DNA of 63,837 nt, the filler included, from Hyphochytrium catenoides (taxonomy: Eukaryota; Protista; Hyphochytriomycota): assembly GCA_900088475.1 (NCBI GenBank). It is 7 parts of 7 records of this genome, joined end to end, with 100 filler letters (N's around TTAATTAATTAA, not from the genome) between each part and the next. Parts side by side here need not be neighbours in the genome. Positions count along the whole stretch, not along the records: positions 35,879 to 60,369 come from FLMG01001176.1; positions 60,470 to 62,219 come from FLMG01002730.1; positions 62,320 to 63,837 come from FLMG01000647.1; 4 more parts are not named here. The stretch is one strand, 5' to 3'. Below, one piece after another: positions 59,957 to 63,837 of this stretch (its first letter is position 1; each line of letters starts with the position of its first letter). The notes below the pieces were generated by a model. That model had not been told where the DNA came from. It saw only the letters and a list, made by a program, of their open reading frames with translations, and ran no database searches. A program made the translations under genes and the position numbers.

Positions 59957-60369
59957 AGAGAGAGGAAAACAGATGTTAGGAGAGAACAGAAGAAGAAAAG
60001 ATATGCCATGTATGATGGAGCCAATCCAATAGTAAAGGACTGAAGGTTACAAGAAAGAAAGAAATTGACAGAGAGAGAGAGAGAGAGAGAAAGAAAGAAA
60101 GAGACAGCAAGAGACATTGGTAGGATAACGCCCCAATAAGAGGACAAGACAAGATGAAAGAGGAGAGGAAACATGACATCAGGAAAGTAAAACTTCTCCT
60201 CTCTCTCTTTCGATCTTTCTATTCCTACCGGCTCTCTCTCTCCTCTCTTCTCTCTCTCCCTCTTTCTCTCTCACTCCCTCCCTCTCTCTCTCTCTCTCTC
60301 TCTCCCCTCCTACCGAGCTGCAGGATAGCTTCAGGGATGGTGAGCGTCTCTTCTCGAAAAAGCTTGTTA
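57972..60369 (-). CDS. WARS2: Organellar (bacterial-type) tryptophanyl-tRNA synthetase, C-terminal half, 5' truncated
   Basis: NKLFREETLTIPE, RVMSLKDPSVKMSKSD (class I KMSKS), DPADVIKRKIQRAMSD, YEPEQRPGVANLL, GELKSRVAEAV, YLERVLDDGAERARTVAEETIKDVREAMG. Confidence 0.9.
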
Positions 60370-60469
60370 NNNNNNNNNNNNNNNNNNNNNNNNNNNNNNN
60401 NNNNNNNNNNNNNTTAATTAATTAANNNNNNNNNNNNNNNNNNNNNNNNNNNNNNNNNNNNNNNNNNNN

Positions 60470-60573
60470 CCTAACCCTAACCCTAACCCTAACCCTAACC
60501 CTAACCCTTACCCTAACCCTTACCCTAACCCTTACCCTAACCCTAACCCTAACCCTAACCCTAACCCTAACCC
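60470..60573 (+). repeat. Telomeric repeat (CCCTAA)n, i.e. TTAGGG type, at contig start
   Basis: About 17 units with three CCCTTA variants, in chromosome-end orientation. Confidence 0.93.
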
Positions 60574-61400
60574 GCTATCCTTTCTTACCCGCTGCCCTAA
60601 CCTGCTGCCTATCCTATCCTAACCCGCTGCCTATCCTACCCTAACCAGCGTCCTATCCCTAACTCGTTCCGTCTCTTTTACTGACCCGCTGCCCCATCCT
60701 TAACCCGCTGCCTTATCCCTAACCCGCTTCCCTTTCTTACCCGCTGCCTAACCCGCTGCCCTAACCTGCTGCCTATCCTAACCCTAACCCGCTGCCTATG
60801 TTATACTAACCCGCTGCCCCATCCCAAATCCGCTGCCTTATCCCTAATTCACTATCCTTTCTTACCCGCTGCCTATCGTACCCTAACCCGCTGCCTATCC
60901 CTAACGTGCTCCCTATCTTACACTATCCCGCTGCCCCATCCCTAACCCGCTGTCTTATCCCTAACCCGCTATCCTTTCTTATCCTCTAACTAACTCGATG
61001 CCCGTTCCTTTTCTCCCCTCCTTCTTTTTGACCCACTGCCCTGTGCTTCCCTCCCTATTCTGCTCGCCATCACTAAATCTTAGCCGCTCCCTAGTCCGCT
61101 CCTCGTTCCCTTTTTCACTGGCCTTTTTCTAACCCCATGCCCTTTTCCCAACGCCCTGCCCTTCGCTACCATTTCCTTCATCCGCTCATTATTTCGCTCA
61201 CTAACCCGCTCACTAACCCGCTCACTAACCCGCCAAGCACGCTTCAACCCGCTAACTACCCTCTCTCTAACTCGCTTGCTAACGAACTCCCTATCTCGCT
61301 GTTTTTCTCTAACCCGCTGCTCTTTCCCTTGCCCGAAGCCCTTTCTCTTACCCGCTGCCAACCCTAACCCTAAGCTGCCCTCTGCCTAAATCCTCAGCTA
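60574..61400 (+). repeat. Telomere-derived subtelomeric satellite (core CCTAACCCGCTGCCTAT)
   Basis: Many degenerate CTAACCCGCTGCC units; (CTCACTAACCCG)x3 at ~61197-61232; decays inward. Confidence 0.85.
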
Positions 61401-62172
61401 AACCAGCTGCCCAGCCCTGATGCTGCCTATTATACTCCGGACCGCCTGATTCCTGCTTGTGTCCTAATGCTTTACACCCCTACTTGCCTCATCCGTACCT
61501 ACCTACTACCCCTACTTCCCTATTTCACCTTTTTCCGTACTCTACACTCTTTCCTGAACTCCATCGTCCAACCAGAAAGTCTTGGTGTTTTTTCCCTCCC
61601 TTGCTTCTTGAATTTATCTCTCTTTCTCCCTAGCACCAACCGCCCTCCTCAGTATCTTCATAACTTGAAAATGCTCCTTAATTTTTACCAACTACTCTCC
61701 CATACTCTCTTTTCTAAACTTGCAAATGCCCACTCGTTTTACGCTCCTAACTCTACTACCCCAACTTCAATCATTTGGGTCAACTTGTTTACACTGTTTT
61801 ACATGCGTTGACCAACGGCACTCAATGTGTCCCTTACTCCTACTTCTCCGCTCCTGTTTTACTCTGCTTATTCTCAGCGAACTCCTTCCTCTGCACAAAT
61901 CCTTCCTGTTGCCCTTTATCCATCTTGCTCTTCGTGTTTATCTCACTTGCACCCTATTAATAAGTGGCCCCGCTATCGTACCTCTCCTTAAATTGCCTCT
62001 TCGTTAATGAACCCTTTCACCTCTGGACTACATGCTTGTCACTTCTACTCCGATAATTCAGCTTTAGTTCTCACTCTACTGGGCGGTCTGCTTCACTCTA
62101 GACATTCTTGCCAACATCGTCCTCCCTACCAATCTGGATGCTCTTCTTCTCCCTTTTCGTCGTCTTTATCTG

Positions 62173-62219
62173 TGTTGAGAGCAGTCCGGTCACGACGTAC
62201 CAACCGGCGCGCTAACAGA
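62173..62219 (+). mobile_element. Probable LTR terminus (47 bp), identical to 20459-20505
   Basis: Exact match, ends at the contig break. Confidence 0.65.
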
Positions 62220-62334
62220 NNNNNNNNNNNNNNNNNNNNNNNNNNNNNNNNNNNNNNNNNNNNTTAATTAATTAANNNNNNNNNNNNNNNNNNNNNNNNN
62301 NNNNNNNNNNNNNNNNNNNTTTTGTTGGCTATTC

Positions 62335-63420
62335 ATGAAGAAGTGCGCTTCAGATTCTGAAGCGTATTCCTCTCCAGCAGCCGGATCCTTCTCCTGCTTG
62401 CCCGGGTAGACATGATGATGATGACATACAATGTCGTCGTCGGCACTTCATCTTCTTCTCTTCTTCTCCTTTTGTTATTACGGAGGGAGTCAACGATTAT
62501 GGCCGCCCTTCCTTTTCTAATAAGGAATGTGGAGCAGTTCGAGCTGATGAAGAGATCAAGGCTTTGTAGCTCTTGTTGTCTCTTCTTCTTCTTCTTCTTC
62601 TCTTTCTTCTTCCACTTCTCATTCTTCTCCACATTCCTCTTGTTCTTCTTCTTCTGAGTAGTAGTAGCTAAAGGCTCCACAAGGGCAAAAAAAAATGTGA
62701 GGCCGATGGGCCCAAACTTCCTTTCAGGGAAGAGACAGAGGTTGCCAAACCGAGGCCTGTGGCAATAAGTCCTCTGTAAGAAGTAACGTCTTTCGGTGGT
62801 GCTACGCCCTTGTATGTCTTGGACTGTGTGGATCAACGCGTGAGGCTCCAGAGTAATCGTTGCTCTGCTCTTGACGCTTCCTCTCGGCCTCTAGTAGGTC
62901 ATTGTCTCGGATATCAAAAAGACTCTAACTCTTCACATCAGAATCTCTTTGGCGATCCATGAAGAGAATGCGCTACAGATCTTCTGAAGCGTATTCCTCT
63001 TCATCATCAGCCGTTGGACCCAGCAGCTGCTGCTCTTGCTGCTTGCTTGCCTGACTGAGTAGTGTGATGATGATGGTCAGGTCACGCCCGCCCTTCTCTT
63101 CTCCTCCCTTCTCCTTCTCCTGTTGTCGCTAGTTATTGCCAACGATGAGTTCAACAACTGTGGTTCTATCTTCCTTTTCCGATGATGATGGTGGAGGAGG
63201 AGAACGTGTTAGAAGAAGAGTCCAGGACTTTGTAGCTCTTGTTGCCTCTTCTTCTTCTTCTTCTTCTCTTCCTTTTCTTTTATTAGTAGCAAATAATAGC
63301 AGCTCTTCTCCTTCTTCTTCTCGCTCTTCTTTCTCCTCCTCCTCCTCCTCCTTCTTCTTCTTCTCTTACCTCTTCTCTTTTACTACTTCTTCTTTTCACT
63401 TTTTCTTGTTCTATATAAAA
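62335..63420 (+). repeat. Two diverged copies (62335-62660, 62960-63420) of the repeat also at 8225-8600
   Basis: catgaaga..tgcgct.cagat..tctgaagcgtattcctct..cagcc shared; both copies run into ctttgtagctcttgttg and CTT-rich tracts. Confidence 0.7.
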
Positions 63421-63680
63421 CTGTGAACAAAAAATGAATAAAGAATTATGAGGGTTTGTTGAATGAGAGGACAAGCTCAAAAAGGAAAGGATACAGTAGT
63501 TGTGGGGAATCGTGGGGCTCCAAAACCCTCATAGATTTATAATTTATGTTACAAGCTTGTCCGGCCAAGAACACCCAAATTCTGTTCGAGCACGTTACAA
63601 CAATTACCGTTTAGATTCTAGATATAGACCTAATTACCATACGGATTCCCAAAGGAATGTACCGGTTTCGTTTCCCGCAA

Positions 63681-63837
63681 TTACATGCTATTGATGCTCT
63701 GGCTGTCAATGTCAACAATATTGCGGTGGGATTTCCTTTCACGGAACATTTTCTCAGTCATAGCGTAGCCATAGGCGCATCGTCTTCCACCGCGCGCCAG
63801 AAGAGCATCCTTTGCCGCAGCCAGTGCTTCATGCTCA
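63681..63837 (-). CDS. 3' end of an ORF running off the window (..EKMFRERKSHRNIVDIDSQSINSM*)
   Basis: Open frame from the window edge to TAA at 63681-63683; identity unknown. Confidence 0.25.
   Translation of the reverse strand, partial: EHEALAAAKDALLARGGRRCAYGYAMTEKMFRERKSHRNIVDIDSQSINSM

Overview
This is eukaryotic draft-genome sequence, not one continuous locus. Six ~100-nt N..TTAATTAATTAA..N joiners split it into seven unrelated contigs: A 1-19332, B 19433-20505, C 20606-22340, D 22441-35778, E 35879-60369, F 60470-62219, G 62321-63837. Adjacency across joiners carries no information. GT-AG introns, (CCCTAA)n telomere repeats and a formin with KY(F/L)KML..G.P motifs suggest a stramenopile-like protist (inference). 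Recognisable genes are a PH-IQ-Sec7-PH ARF-GEF (A), a divergent USP-like fragment (B), an intron-containing piggyBac-like transposase (C), a tandem DEDDh exonuclease, a Kazal inhibitor, a TPR-DUF4470 protein and a gypsy RT remnant (D), and a multi-exon PTEN/C2-UBA-PHD-FH2 formin, OPA3, a WD40 protein and an organellar TrpRS (E). Contig F is a telomere plus subtelomere. The most notable signals are contig E introns ordered (GA)n then (CT)n on the sense strand, the formin domain architecture, the dead-plus-active exonuclease pair, a 132-bp solo LTR with a perfect TSD, and several repeat families shared between contigs. All calls come from reading the sequence by eye; no searches were run.
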